DNA from: an uncultured Gammaproteobacteria bacterium
GTDB taxonomy: Bacteria > Pseudomonadota > Gammaproteobacteria > UBA9214
NCBI GenBank assembly: GCA_963748215.1
Contig: CAVVHS010000005.1
Coordinates: forward strand, 160,001-224,000
DNA length: 64,000 nucleotides
Reading direction: 5' to 3'
Positions within the stretch are counted from its first letter, which is position 1; each line of letters begins with the position of its first letter. Made by a program: the position numbers and the translations under genes. This document shows, piece after piece, positions 49,227-58,981 of this stretch. Under the pieces are notes generated by a model. That model was not told the DNA's origin. It made no database searches and worked only from the letters and a program-made list of their open reading frames with translations.

Positions 49227-50029
49227 CGATCCGCCTCGTGGAAGGCGATCGCGGTATAGCCCACCACGCGCGACCTGTCACCGGCCGTGTCGCCCGAATT
49301 GCGCAGGTCCAGCAGTTCGGCGGTCAAGCCGTGAGCGGCGGCACAGGCCAGCAGGCCGTTTACCGGTGTGGCGCCGCACGCCTCGTCGTGACCGAGATCG
49401 GCATGCAAGCCAAGGATGTGCCTGACCGTCTCGCTGTCGGTGCGCTGCGCCACCTCGTAGGGCAGGTAATGCGACAGATCGGAGCTGATCACGATCAGCG
49501 TTTCCGGTCCGCCCCAGACACGCGCCAGCACCTCGGCAACCTCCCCGGGAGTGGCGTCGCCGACGGCCAGCGGCAGCAGGCGGAATTCGCCCAGCACGGT
49601 CTGCAAAAATGGCAGGTGCACCTCCAGCGAATGTTCCTGTGCATGGGCGGCGGCGCTCACCGTGACCTGCGGCAAATCCGCCAGTGCCGTGATCGCAGCG
49701 GTATCCAGCGGCACCTCGCCCAGCGGCGTGCTGAACGTGGTCGACCCGGGCAGCGCCAGGCCGCGCACCGGGACGCGATGCACCGGTCCCAGCAACACCA
49801 CGCGACGGATACGGCCGGCCAGCGGGGCCAGGCGGGCATAGCCGCTGGCGGCAACCGGGCCCGAATAGACATAGCCGGCGTGGGGCACGATCAATGCCTT
49901 CGGCGGACGCGCCCCGGTTTCGAGGGGGACGGCTGCCAGCAAGGCACGCACATCGGCTGACAACTCGGCGCGGCCGGATGGATAGAACGTGCCTGCCACG
50001 GCAGGCGGTCGGGAAGAATTCATGAACAC
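49223..50029 (-). CDS. amrB: MEMO-like protein
   Basis: AVAGTFYP, PHAGYVYSG, EHSLEV, SSDLSHY, ACG, VVGY. Confidence 0.93.
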   Translation of the reverse strand: MFMNSSRPPAVAGTFYPSGRAELSADVRALLAAVPLETGARPPKALIVPHAGYVYSGPVAASGYARLAPLAGRIRRVVLLGPVHRVPVRGLALPGSTTFSTPLGEVPLDTAAITALADLPQVTVSAAAHAQEHSLEVHLPFLQTVLGEFRLLPLAVGDATPGEVAEVLARVWGGPETLIVISSDLSHYLPYEVAQRTDSETVRHILGLHADLGHDEACGATPVNGLLACAAAHGLTAELLDLRNSGDTAGDRSRVVGYTAIAFHEADR

Positions 50030-50139
50030 CTCATACTCAATGTAGTTTACATGAGGCCGAAGCGCACGATCTCAAGGTCACCCGGGAGGGGCAAAATGTC
50101 GCACCCCGTCCGGCGCATCCGGCAGATCAGTGGCGCAGG

Positions 50140-50760
50140 AGCACACGACTGCATGGAGAAGGTGAGACCATTCTTACGGGCATAGCCCGGGTCGAGAGGC
50201 TGGCCTGGGCCATGCCAGAGCCGAGTGCAAAGCAGGAGCATTTGCCGAGGCATGCAGGGAATGGAACTGGCCATCGACCCCACGGAAGCACACGAAAAGG
50301 ATCAATGGCCACGGAACCACACAGACGGACACGGAATAACAATTCACTACGGTCCCGGAGATGACGTGGCTATTCTTTACAATCCAATGGCCCGGAATCT
50401 GCAGAAAGACAGGAAAATCAATTACATCATTCCGTGTATTTCCGTGTGCTTCCGTGGCCATTATTTTCGTAGGGTGCACCCTTTGCATCGTTAAATGGTG
50501 CGTAAAACGCACCCTGCATCCTACCCTGCAGTTGTTATTTTCCGTGTTCTTCCGTGGATTCCGTGGCCATTATTTATCGCGCAATGTTCAGGATGTACAA
50601 GTGCCGTGGAGCACATGGATGTGCGGGAACGGCCATGGGATGCGCTCCTACCCCTCTAGACGGTGTAGGGTGCACTTCGCTTACTATTCCCGGTGCGTAA
50701 AACGAACCCTAACTCCGGGTTTTATTTTCCGTGTTCTTCCGTGGATTCCGTGGCCATTTC
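50140..50760. repeat. Composite repeat field with nested mini-elements, CACGGAA repeats and REPs
   Basis: 50150-50250 matches modules at 6575-6630, 27916 and 31087 in reverse; 50279-50760 has the modules of 47.0-47.6 kb and 59-60 kb. Confidence 0.8.
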
Positions 50761-50769
50761 CAGGGCAGG

Positions 50770-51267
50770 CTAGCGCTGTTCCGCCAGCACCGAGCGATAC
50801 AGCGCCGCATCCGCGTCGCCGAAGCAGCAGGCGATGATGCGCTCGAAACGCGCCTCGTAGTCGCGCATGGCGTCGATCGCAATACGCGCGGCCGCTTTCT
50901 TCGGGTAACCGTACACACCGGTACTGATGGCCGGGAAGGCAATCGTTCGTACGTCGTTTTCCAATGCGATTTCGAAGCTGTTGCGGTAGCAGGCACGCAG
51001 CAGGGCCGGCTCGTAGTGCCTGCCGTCCTGCCACACCGGACCGACGGTGTGAATGACCCGCCGTGCCGGCAGGTCGAAGCCGGGACTGATCCTGGCCTCG
51101 CCGGTACGACAACCGTTGAGCGTGCGGCAGAATTGCTGCAACAGCGGGCCGGCCGCGCAGTGAATCGCGCCATCCACGCCGCCGCCACCCAGCAGGCTGC
51201 TGTTGGCCGCATTGACGATGGCGTCGACATCCAGGGTGGTGATGTCGGCAGTAATGATCTCGATCAT
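50770..51267 (-). CDS. Macrodomain O-acetyl-ADP-ribose deacetylase (YmdB-like)
   Basis: [39 protein letters not shown]. Confidence 0.93.
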   Translation of the reverse strand: MIEIITADITTLDVDAIVNAANSSLLGGGGVDGAIHCAAGPLLQQFCRTLNGCRTGEARISPGFDLPARRVIHTVGPVWQDGRHYEPALLRACYRNSFEIALENDVRTIAFPAISTGVYGYPKKAAARIAIDAMRDYEARFERIIACCFGDADAALYRSVLAEQR

Positions 51268-51471
51268 GGAAAAACAGTTCGTTCCCCGCAGAGCGGCACA
51301 GGCGACACTCCGGCAGCGCCCGCGCATTGCGCAAGCTGTCGAGTATATCAGCGGGCACGGCGTGCATCGCCACTGCAATGTTGCAAGCAGCCAGGCCCGC
51401 ACGGCACGTTGCCTCCCCTGCCCGATGCGTTATAGTGTGAGCACAACAAACATCAGGGGGACCGTACCGCG

Positions 51472-52965
51472 ATGATGCCAAACCTGATCACACTGTCACG
51501 CGCCGCGCGCCTGGTCGGCGTCAAGCGCGGCACCCTGCAGAAAAAGATCCAGCAGGGCGAACTGCGTACCTTTGAGGGTGAGCTGTTGCTCGTCGACCTG
51601 CTGCACGCCTATCCGCAGACCGAAATCGAGGACAGCACCATGCTGGAGCGTGTGGGCGCCATCAAGGAACAGGCCGTCAACAAGATCATCCGCATGGATG
51701 CCGACAAGCCGGATGTCGATACGCTGTACGCGCGCGTCATGTCGCTGGGCAGGGAACTGGCCGCGGCCCGGTCACAGGCACGCCGCGGCGAGGGCATGAT
51801 CGAGAGCCTGAAGCGGAAATTCGATGAACTTCCTCCCGACGCTGCCGATGACAGGACGCGGGCCGAGGCATTCAGTAAACTCCGGCGCTGGTTTTACCAG
51901 GCACTGGGCACGGCGGAATCACCGGATGATTCGAGCGGTTTCATCGCGCAGGAGGCTTTTCTAAGGGTCATGGCAGCACAGGTTCGAATCCTGCCCAGCG
52001 GACACGAGTTTTTCATCGAAGGTTCCGACTCCATTCTCGAGGCCGGCCTGCGCGGCGGCCTGGCGCTCAACTACGGGTGCAGCAACGGCAATTGCGGTCT
52101 TTGCAAGTGCAAGGTGGTCTCGGGCGAGGTCAAGAAAATCGCGCCGCATGATTATGTACTCACCGAGGCGGAAAAGGGCCTGGGTTACATCCTTGCCTGC
52201 GCCAACACCGCGGTTACCGACGTGGTTCTGGATGCCGAGGAGGCGCACGGTTCGAGCGATATCCCGCTGCAGGAAATCGACGTAAAGTTGAAAAAGATCG
52301 AACGGCCGGACGACCGGCTGCTCGTCCTGCATGTCAAGACACCACGCACCAGGCGCCTGCGTTTCCTCGCCGGCCAGTACCTGGCGCTGAGCCATGGCGG
52401 GCAACCGGCACACGAATACTCCATCGCCAGTTGCCCCTGTGATGACATGAACCTGCAGTTTCATATCCCCGTGGCGGCCGGCGACCCGTTCGGCACGCAA
52501 CTCGACCAGCTCAAGCCCGGCAGCTGCCTGACTATCAGGGGACCGCGGGGCGAATTCACGCTCAACGAGGATTCGCCGCGCTCACTGGTGTTTATTGCCG
52601 GCAACGCCGGATTCGGCCCCGTCAAGAGCCTGATCGAGCATGCCATGGCACTCGACATCGCCGAGACCATCGAGCTGTTCTGGATCACCACACCGGATAA
52701 CAGTCACTACCTCGGCAATCTGTGCCGGTCCTGGGACGATGCGCTGGACAACTTCAGATACACAGCGCTAGAAGCCACCACCGAACAACCTGTCGAATCA
52801 CTGCTGCCCGGCATCCTCGAACGGCTGGACGATGCACAGGGGCTGGATTTCTATGCCTGCCTGCCCGGTCCGTTGCTGGACACCCTGGAGAGCTCCCTGC
52901 GGCAAAACGGCGTGCCCGCGCAGCAGGTCAAGCTGGAACCGGTGCGCCAGGGTGCGTCGGACTGA
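51472..52965 (+). CDS. HTH / [2Fe-2S] ferredoxin / FAD-NAD reductase fusion (AscD-like C-terminus)
   Basis: N-terminal LSRAARLVGVKRGTLQKKI; YGCSNGNCGLCK...ILAC; FLAGQY, YSIAS, GPRGEF. Confidence 0.85.
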   Translation: MMPNLITLSRAARLVGVKRGTLQKKIQQGELRTFEGELLLVDLLHAYPQTEIEDSTMLERVGAIKEQAVNKIIRMDADKPDVDTLYARVMSLGRELAAARSQARRGEGMIESLKRKFDELPPDAADDRTRAEAFSKLRRWFYQALGTAESPDDSSGFIAQEAFLRVMAAQVRILPSGHEFFIEGSDSILEAGLRGGLALNYGCSNGNCGLCKCKVVSGEVKKIAPHDYVLTEAEKGLGYILACANTAVTDVVLDAEEAHGSSDIPLQEIDVKLKKIERPDDRLLVLHVKTPRTRRLRFLAGQYLALSHGGQPAHEYSIASCPCDDMNLQFHIPVAAGDPFGTQLDQLKPGSCLTIRGPRGEFTLNEDSPRSLVFIAGNAGFGPVKSLIEHAMALDIAETIELFWITTPDNSHYLGNLCRSWDDALDNFRYTALEATTEQPVESLLPGILERLDDAQGLDFYACLPGPLLDTLESSLRQNGVPAQQVKLEPVRQGASD

Positions 52966-53002
52966 GATTCATAAAAACCTGTCTCGCGGACGCGGTCCGC
53001 TG

Positions 53003-53377
53003 CTACTTGACGATCTTGAGTGACGGGCGCTTGCCGGGTGTGGGTTCGCTTGGGGTGGGTGGGCCGCCTTCCTGCTCGCTGAATACCATGCCGCGTCCGT
53101 TTTCCTTGGCATAGATGGCCAGCACCGAATCGACGGGTACGTACACGTCGGTCGCAATGCCGCCGAAACGTGCCCGGAACGCAACGGCGTCATTGCCGAG
53201 ATTGAGACCCTCGACGGCGGCAGGGCTGATATTCAGGACAATCTTGCCGTTCTGCCCCTGCTGGGCCGGGATATCAACACCCTCACCCTCCATATCCACC
53301 AGCAGGTGCGGCGTCATGCTGTTATCCAGGATCCACTCATGGATGGCGCGGACGAGATACGGACGACTGCTGTTCAT
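53003..53377 (-). CDS. sspB: ClpXP specificity-enhancing factor SspB
   Basis: RPYLVRAIHEWILDN, IVLNISP, ARFGG, YAKENGRG, RPSLKIVK. Confidence 0.95.
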   Translation of the reverse strand: MNSSRPYLVRAIHEWILDNSMTPHLLVDMEGEGVDIPAQQGQNGKIVLNISPAAVEGLNLGNDAVAFRARFGGIATDVYVPVDSVLAIYAKENGRGMVFSEQEGGPPTPSEPTPGKRPSLKIVK

Positions 53378-53471
53378 GGGCGGAACGATACTAGGAAAAC
53401 AGCCGGAAAACCAATCGTGATTGTCAGCGCGGCGACGCAGCATACGCGACGCGCGGCGGGTTGCGACTCGA

Positions 53472-54095
53472 TCAGTCGCGCATCTCCCGCTCGACCTCGG
53501 AGAGGCTTTCCTGGAAGGATTCACGCGCAAACAGGCGTTCCGCATAGTCGAGCACAGGCTTGGCCTGGCGCGGCAACTCGATGCCGTAGTGCTTTGTCCG
53601 CCACAGGATCGGCAGAATACTGGCATCCACCAGCGAGAACTCGTCGCTCAGGAAAAACGGTTTGGCCGCGAACACCTCGGCACTCGACGTAAGGCTGTCG
53701 CGCAGTTGCTTGCGTGCCTTGGAGGCGGTCTTCTCCCCCTTCGACTCCAGTGCCGGGATCAGGCTGTACCAGTCCTGTTCGATCCGGTACAGCGCCAGCC
53801 GCGTCCGTGCGCGCGACACCGGATCGACCGGCATCAGCGGCGGATGCGGAAAGCGCTCGTCAAGGTACTCCATGATCGCACGCGGGTCGTACAGCACCAG
53901 TTCGCGGTCGACCAGGGTCGGTACGGTGTTGTAGGGATTCAGATCGATCAGGTCTTCAGGCTTGCTGTTGTCGACCTCGACAATCTCCACAGTGATGCCT
54001 TTCTCGGCAAGCACCACGCGAACCCGGTGACTCTGCGAACAGCTTGCAGAGGAAAACAGACTCATCACGGAACGACGGTTCGCTACCAGTGCCAT
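53472..54095 (-). CDS. sspA: Stringent starvation protein A
   Basis: NRRSVMSLFS, LNPYNTVPTLVDR, EYLDERFPHPPLMPV. Confidence 0.96.
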   Translation of the reverse strand: MALVANRRSVMSLFSSASCSQSHRVRVVLAEKGITVEIVEVDNSKPEDLIDLNPYNTVPTLVDRELVLYDPRAIMEYLDERFPHPPLMPVDPVSRARTRLALYRIEQDWYSLIPALESKGEKTASKARKQLRDSLTSSAEVFAAKPFFLSDEFSLVDASILPILWRTKHYGIELPRQAKPVLDYAERLFARESFQESLSEVEREMRD

Positions 54096-54150
54096 ATTGT
54101 ATATTCCTTTGAAAATGGAATGATCCTCTCGTACCTGTGTGATTGAGTGT

Positions 54151-54891
54151 TCAGTGGATGTCTTTCCAGTAATCACGCTTCATCAGGTAGGCCACTACCA
54201 GCAGTAACAGCAGGAACATAATGACCTTCACGCCCAGGGCGCGCCGCTCATGCTTGGCGGGCTCGCCCATGTAGTCGAGGAAGTTCACCAGGTCGCGGAT
54301 AGCACGATCATACTCCTTCGGCGTCAGAAGGCCCGGCTCGACCAGTTCCAGGGAAACCGCCTTGGTCTCGCCGCCATCCTCTTTCTTGACGGTATGGATC
54401 ACCGCTTCCTGCCAGCCCTGCAGTTCCCAGAGCACGTGCGGCATGCCGACGTCCGGGAATACCAGATTGTTGACGCCGGTGATCTTGGAGCTGTCACGAT
54501 AGAAGCTGCGCATGTAATTGTACAGCCAGTCGACACCACGCGAGCGGGCGATCACGGTCAGGTCCGGTGGCACGATGCCGAACCATTCCTTGGCATCCTC
54601 GGGGTGGGTAGCCACCGTCATCAGTTCACCCGTCTTGCCGCCGCTGAATACCAGGTTCTCGGCAACCAGTTTATCCTTGATGCCCAGGTCCTTGCCGATA
54701 CGCTCGTAGCGCATCAGTGCCGCCGAGTGACAGCTCAGGCAGTAGTTGACGAACAGGCGCGCACCGCGCTGCAGCGATGACTTGTTGTTCGGGTCGATGT
54801 TTGCCTCGTCCATGTGCATACCGCTGCCACTCGAGGCAAACGCCCAGGCCGGTGCCAGCACCAGCAGAACGGCGATAAGTTGCTTTTTCAT
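54151..54891 (-). CDS. petC: Cytochrome c1
   Basis: SLQRGA, CLSCH, PPDL, MPHVL, C-terminal TM. Confidence 0.96.
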   Translation of the reverse strand: MKKQLIAVLLVLAPAWAFASSGSGMHMDEANIDPNNKSSLQRGARLFVNYCLSCHSAALMRYERIGKDLGIKDKLVAENLVFSGGKTGELMTVATHPEDAKEWFGIVPPDLTVIARSRGVDWLYNYMRSFYRDSSKITGVNNLVFPDVGMPHVLWELQGWQEAVIHTVKKEDGGETKAVSLELVEPGLLTPKEYDRAIRDLVNFLDYMGEPAKHERRALGVKVIMFLLLLLVVAYLMKRDYWKDIH

Positions 54892-56138
54892 GATGTCACC
54901 CTGTCAGGTACCGGTTTGGTCTTGTCCATTTTCGTGTAAATGGGCATCAGGAGGAAAAACGCAAAGTAGATGATCGTGCACACGCGGGCGATGATGGTGT
55001 ATAGCGCGGTCGGCGCCTCCATGCCCAGCCAGCCCAGGATGATGAAGCTGACCACGAACAGGGCCAGCCAGACCTTGTAGACGGTACCGCGGTAGCGGAT
55101 GGACTTGACCGGGCTGCGGTCCAGCCAGGGCAGAAAAAACATCACCACGATCGCCAGCGCCATCGCCAGCACACCCGGGAACGAGGAACCCCCGATCGAC
55201 GGCACCGCGCGCAGGATGGCGTAGAACGGCGTGAAGTACCACACCGGCGCGATATGCTCCGGGGTCTTCAGCGGATCGGCCGGGATGAAGTTGTTGGCCT
55301 CGAGGAAATACCCGCCCATCTCCGGCATGAAGAACACCACGATGGAGAAGAAGATCAGGAACACGACCACGCCGACGATGTCCTTCACGGTGTAGTACGG
55401 GTGGAACGGGATACCGTCCAGCGGAATGCCGTTGGCGTCCTTGTTTTTCTTGATCTCGACACCGTCCGGGTTGTTGGACCCCACCTCGTGCAGCGCCAGG
55501 ATATGCAGCACCACCAGCGCCAGCAGCACGATCGGCACGGCGATGACATGAAAGGCGAAGAAGCGGTTCAGCGTGGCATCGGCAACGACGTAGTCACCGC
55601 GAATCCAGATGGCAATGGTTTCACCGATACCCGGAATGGCACCAAACAGGTTGATAATGACCTGTGCGCCCCAGTAGGACATCTGGCCCCAGGGCAGCAG
55701 GTAGCCCATGAAGGCCTCCGCCATCAGGGCGACGTAGATGATCATGCCGAAGATCCAGATCAGCTCGCGCGGTTTCTTGAACGAGCCGTAGATCAGGCCG
55801 CGGAACATGTGCAGGTACACGACGACGAAGAACGCCGAGGCGCCGGTCGAATGCATGTAGCGCATCAGCCAGCCCCAGTTCACGTCGCGCATGATGTACT
55901 CGACTGAATCGAAGGCCAGTTCGGCGTCGGGCTTGTAGTTCATGGTCAGCCAGATGCCGGTCACGATCTGCAGCACCAGCACCATCAGCGCCAGCGAGCC
56001 GAAGAAGTACCAGAAGTTGAAGTTCTTCGGTGCGTAGTACCGTGCCAGGTGGTCGTTCCACATGCTGCTCAGCGGGAAACGCGCATCGATCCAGCCGAGC
56101 AGACCGCCCTGCCATTTTTCACTCGTGTTGCCAGCCAT
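54888..56138 (-). CDS. petB: Cytochrome b
   Basis: RYMHSTGAS, LPWGQMSYWG, HIAPVWYF (PVWY variant of PEWY). Confidence 0.97.
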   Translation of the reverse strand: MAGNTSEKWQGGLLGWIDARFPLSSMWNDHLARYYAPKNFNFWYFFGSLALMVLVLQIVTGIWLTMNYKPDAELAFDSVEYIMRDVNWGWLMRYMHSTGASAFFVVVYLHMFRGLIYGSFKKPRELIWIFGMIIYVALMAEAFMGYLLPWGQMSYWGAQVIINLFGAIPGIGETIAIWIRGDYVVADATLNRFFAFHVIAVPIVLLALVVLHILALHEVGSNNPDGVEIKKNKDANGIPLDGIPFHPYYTVKDIVGVVVFLIFFSIVVFFMPEMGGYFLEANNFIPADPLKTPEHIAPVWYFTPFYAILRAVPSIGGSSFPGVLAMALAIVVMFFLPWLDRSPVKSIRYRGTVYKVWLALFVVSFIILGWLGMEAPTALYTIIARVCTIIYFAFFLLMPIYTKMDKTKPVPDRVTS

Positions 56139-56731
56139 TATGCGGTCTCCTTGTCATCGCCGATCAGGATTTCGGCATCACTCAGGTAGCGGTAGGGCGG
56201 GACCGGCAGGTTCTTCGGTGCCGGCACGCCCTTGAACACACGCCCGGCCATATCGAACTTGGAACCGTGGCAGGGGCAGAAGAAACCGCCCTGCCATTCC
56301 GGACCCAGGTCGGCCGGGGCCACATCGGGGCGGTAAGTCGGCGAGCAGCCGAGATGGGTGCAGATGCCGATCAGCACCAGGATTTCCGGCTTGATCGCAC
56401 GATCTTCGTTCCGTGCATAGTCAGGCTGATCAGAAACCAGTGACTCAGGATCGGCCAGCTCGGCATCCAGACCGGGCAGCTTTTGGAGGATGTCCTCAGT
56501 GCGCTTGACGATCCACACCGGCTTGCCGCGCCACTTGACGCGAATCATCTGGCCGGGTTGCAGCTTGCTGATGTCGGCCCGCACCGGCGCCCCGGCGGCG
56601 CGCGCCTTGGCGCTGGGCTGCATGGAAGAAATAAACGGTACCAGGAAAAAACCGACGCCCACCGCACCCACGACTGTGGTGGCTGCGGTCAGGAATCGGC
56701 GTCTGCCGGAATTGGTTTCCTCGCCACTCAT
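56138..56731 (-). CDS. petA: Rieske iron-sulfur subunit
   Basis: Tat RRRFL, CTHLGC, CPCHGS. Confidence 0.97.
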   Translation of the reverse strand: MSGEETNSGRRRFLTAATTVVGAVGVGFFLVPFISSMQPSAKARAAGAPVRADISKLQPGQMIRVKWRGKPVWIVKRTEDILQKLPGLDAELADPESLVSDQPDYARNEDRAIKPEILVLIGICTHLGCSPTYRPDVAPADLGPEWQGGFFCPCHGSKFDMAGRVFKGVPAPKNLPVPPYRYLSDAEILIGDDKETA

Positions 56732-56953
56732 AGGGGCAATCTCCAGAGTTTTATAAAAAATACAGTGAGTTATCTGCGCCCCGCCGCATGACGCCGGCAC
56801 GGGACGCATAACAATCATTTCGGAATATTCTGAATTGTTTCAGGCAGATTCCAAGGGCCGTATAGGATCGTCGAAGTACCTGCCAAGGTCAAGGGGAACG
56901 CGGGCTTGAAGCGGCCTGTCCGGGGCGGTGTCAGAACGCCGGCGGCAATGGCC

Positions 56954-57712
56954 TCATACCGGGTTATCGATATCGATGAAGTGATGTTGCAGCGCGAAAT
57001 GCCCGGCCAGGTGTTCGCCCAGCGCGCAGGCGCCGAAGCGCTCCGTGGCATGATGGCCGGCCGCGAAGTAATGAATTCCCGCCTCGCGCGCCACATGTAC
57101 GGTCTGCTCGGAGATCTCGCCGCTGATAAAGGCGTCGAGTCCCTGATCGGCCGCGGCCTCGAGGTAGGACTGCGCCGCGCCGGTACACCAGCCGACGCGC
57201 TCGATCTGCGGCGTGCTGCCCGCGACGTGCTGGGGCGAGCGGCCCAGGCTGCTTTCCAGGTATTCACAGAATGCGGCGGCATCCAGCGGCCGCGACAGGC
57301 GCCCGTAATGCGCCAGCTGCATACCGCCGTCGTCGCCGAAGTGCCCTTCCGTCTGCAGTCCAAGCACGCGTGCCAGCTGGGTGTTGTTACCGAGTTTGGC
57401 ATGTGCGTCGAGCGGCAGGTGGTAGGCCAGCAGACTGATGCCGGCATTGAGCAGCGCCTGCAGGCGGCGCCGCTTCATGCCGGTCACGCAGGGACTCTCG
57501 CCTTTCCAGAAATAGCCGTGGTGCACCAGCAAGGCATCGGCATCGGTCGCGGCCGCGGCCTCGATCAATGCCATACTCGCGGTCACGCCGCTGACCAGTA
57601 CCTGCACCTGCCCGCCTCCCTCGACCTGGAGGCCGTTGGGGCAGTAATCGCTGAAGCTGGTCACGTCGAGCAGTTTGTTCGTATAATCAACCAGTTCTTT
57701 CAAGGCTACCAT
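56954..57712 (-). CDS. Nif3-like dinuclear metal centre protein
   Basis: DYCPNGLQVEG, VHHG, YHLPLD, GHHATE. Confidence 0.94.
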   Translation of the reverse strand: MVALKELVDYTNKLLDVTSFSDYCPNGLQVEGGGQVQVLVSGVTASMALIEAAAATDADALLVHHGYFWKGESPCVTGMKRRRLQALLNAGISLLAYHLPLDAHAKLGNNTQLARVLGLQTEGHFGDDGGMQLAHYGRLSRPLDAAAFCEYLESSLGRSPQHVAGSTPQIERVGWCTGAAQSYLEAAADQGLDAFISGEISEQTVHVAREAGIHYFAAGHHATERFGACALGEHLAGHFALQHHFIDIDNPV

Positions 57713-57784
57713 CGCGTGACTTCCTGTACAGGTTTGCGACCCGGCAAACGGGGAACGCCGTGGAGTACACAGGGTAACCGACCC

Positions 57785-58981
57785 ATGTCAATTCGCAAGC
57801 CTTTCAACTTCATACTGCAGACCGTCGTCATCGGCCTGGCGGCCGCATTCGTCTATGTCCTGCTCATCGAGCCGCAACTGCTCAAGCACGACACCAATGT
57901 CGTGGAAGTCACGGAGACCCCGACCACGATACCCGGGGAACCGCCACTGCGCGGCGGCGCGTTCAACGGCATGGCCATAGGACCGGTGTCCTATGCAGAC
58001 GCGGTGCAGCGCGCGGCACCGGCCGTGGTCAACGTCCATACCGCCAAGGTCATCACCCGCAAGGTGCACCCGCTGCTCGATGACCCCGTGTTCCGGCATT
58101 TTTTCGGCAACCGCATCGGACAATCGCGGCGCGAGATACAGACCAGCCTCGGTTCGGGGGTGCTCATCAGCAAGCAAGGCTACGTGCTCACCAACAACCA
58201 TGTCATCGACGGCGCGGACGAGATCCAGGTGCTGCTGGCTGACGGCCGCAGCATGCAGGCCACGGTAGTCGGCGCCGATGCCGACACCGACATCGCCGTG
58301 CTGCACATCAAGGCCGACAACCTGCCGGCCATTGTCATCGGCAACTCGAAGCGCCTGCGAGTAGGCGACGTGGCGCTGGCGATCGGCAATCCCTTCGGCG
58401 TCGGCCAGACCGTCACCTTCGGCATCATCAGCGCGACCGGTCGCGACCACCTCGGCATCAATGCCTTCGAGGAATTCATCCAGACCGATGCGGCCATCAA
58501 TCCCGGCAACTCGGGCGGCGCACTGATCAACGCCACCGGCGAACTGATAGGCATCAACTCGGCGATCTACAGCCGCTCCGGCGGTTCGCAGGGTATCGGC
58601 TTCGCCATCCCCATCAACCTGGCCAAGGGCGTCATGACGCAGATCATCGAACAGGGCCATGTGGTGCGCGGCTGGCTCGGCATCGAGGCCCAGGACCTGA
58701 CACCGCAGCTGGCGGAGTCGTTCAAGCTGGACAGCGTGCACGGCGTACTGATCTCCGGCGTGCTGCGAGAAGGACCGGCTGACAAGGCCGGGTTGCTGCC
58801 CGGCGACGTCGTCAACAGCATCAACGGGCGCGACGTGAACGACAGCAACGCGGCAATGAAGGTCATCTCCGAACAGACACCGGATACGGTGATCGTGCTG
58901 GGCGGGGTGCGCGAGTCCAAACCCTTCTATCTCAAGGTGCGCGTACAGCAGCGCCCGCGCCAGGCGGGACTCGGCAACTAG
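57785..58981 (+). CDS. degS: HtrA-family serine protease with single PDZ (DegS-like)
   Basis: SYADAV, GSGV, TNNHV, TDAAINPGNSGG; start MSIRKPF. Confidence 0.88.
   Translation: MSIRKPFNFILQTVVIGLAAAFVYVLLIEPQLLKHDTNVVEVTETPTTIPGEPPLRGGAFNGMAIGPVSYADAVQRAAPAVVNVHTAKVITRKVHPLLDDPVFRHFFGNRIGQSRREIQTSLGSGVLISKQGYVLTNNHVIDGADEIQVLLADGRSMQATVVGADADTDIAVLHIKADNLPAIVIGNSKRLRVGDVALAIGNPFGVGQTVTFGIISATGRDHLGINAFEEFIQTDAAINPGNSGGALINATGELIGINSAIYSRSGGSQGIGFAIPINLAKGVMTQIIEQGHVVRGWLGIEAQDLTPQLAESFKLDSVHGVLISGVLREGPADKAGLLPGDVVNSINGRDVNDSNAAMKVISEQTPDTVIVLGGVRESKPFYLKVRVQQRPRQAGLGN

Noticed and set aside
56906-57784. N-terminal extension of the 691-aa degS ORF
   Set aside because: It is antisense to the Nif3-like gene; the real start is MSIRKPF at 57785.
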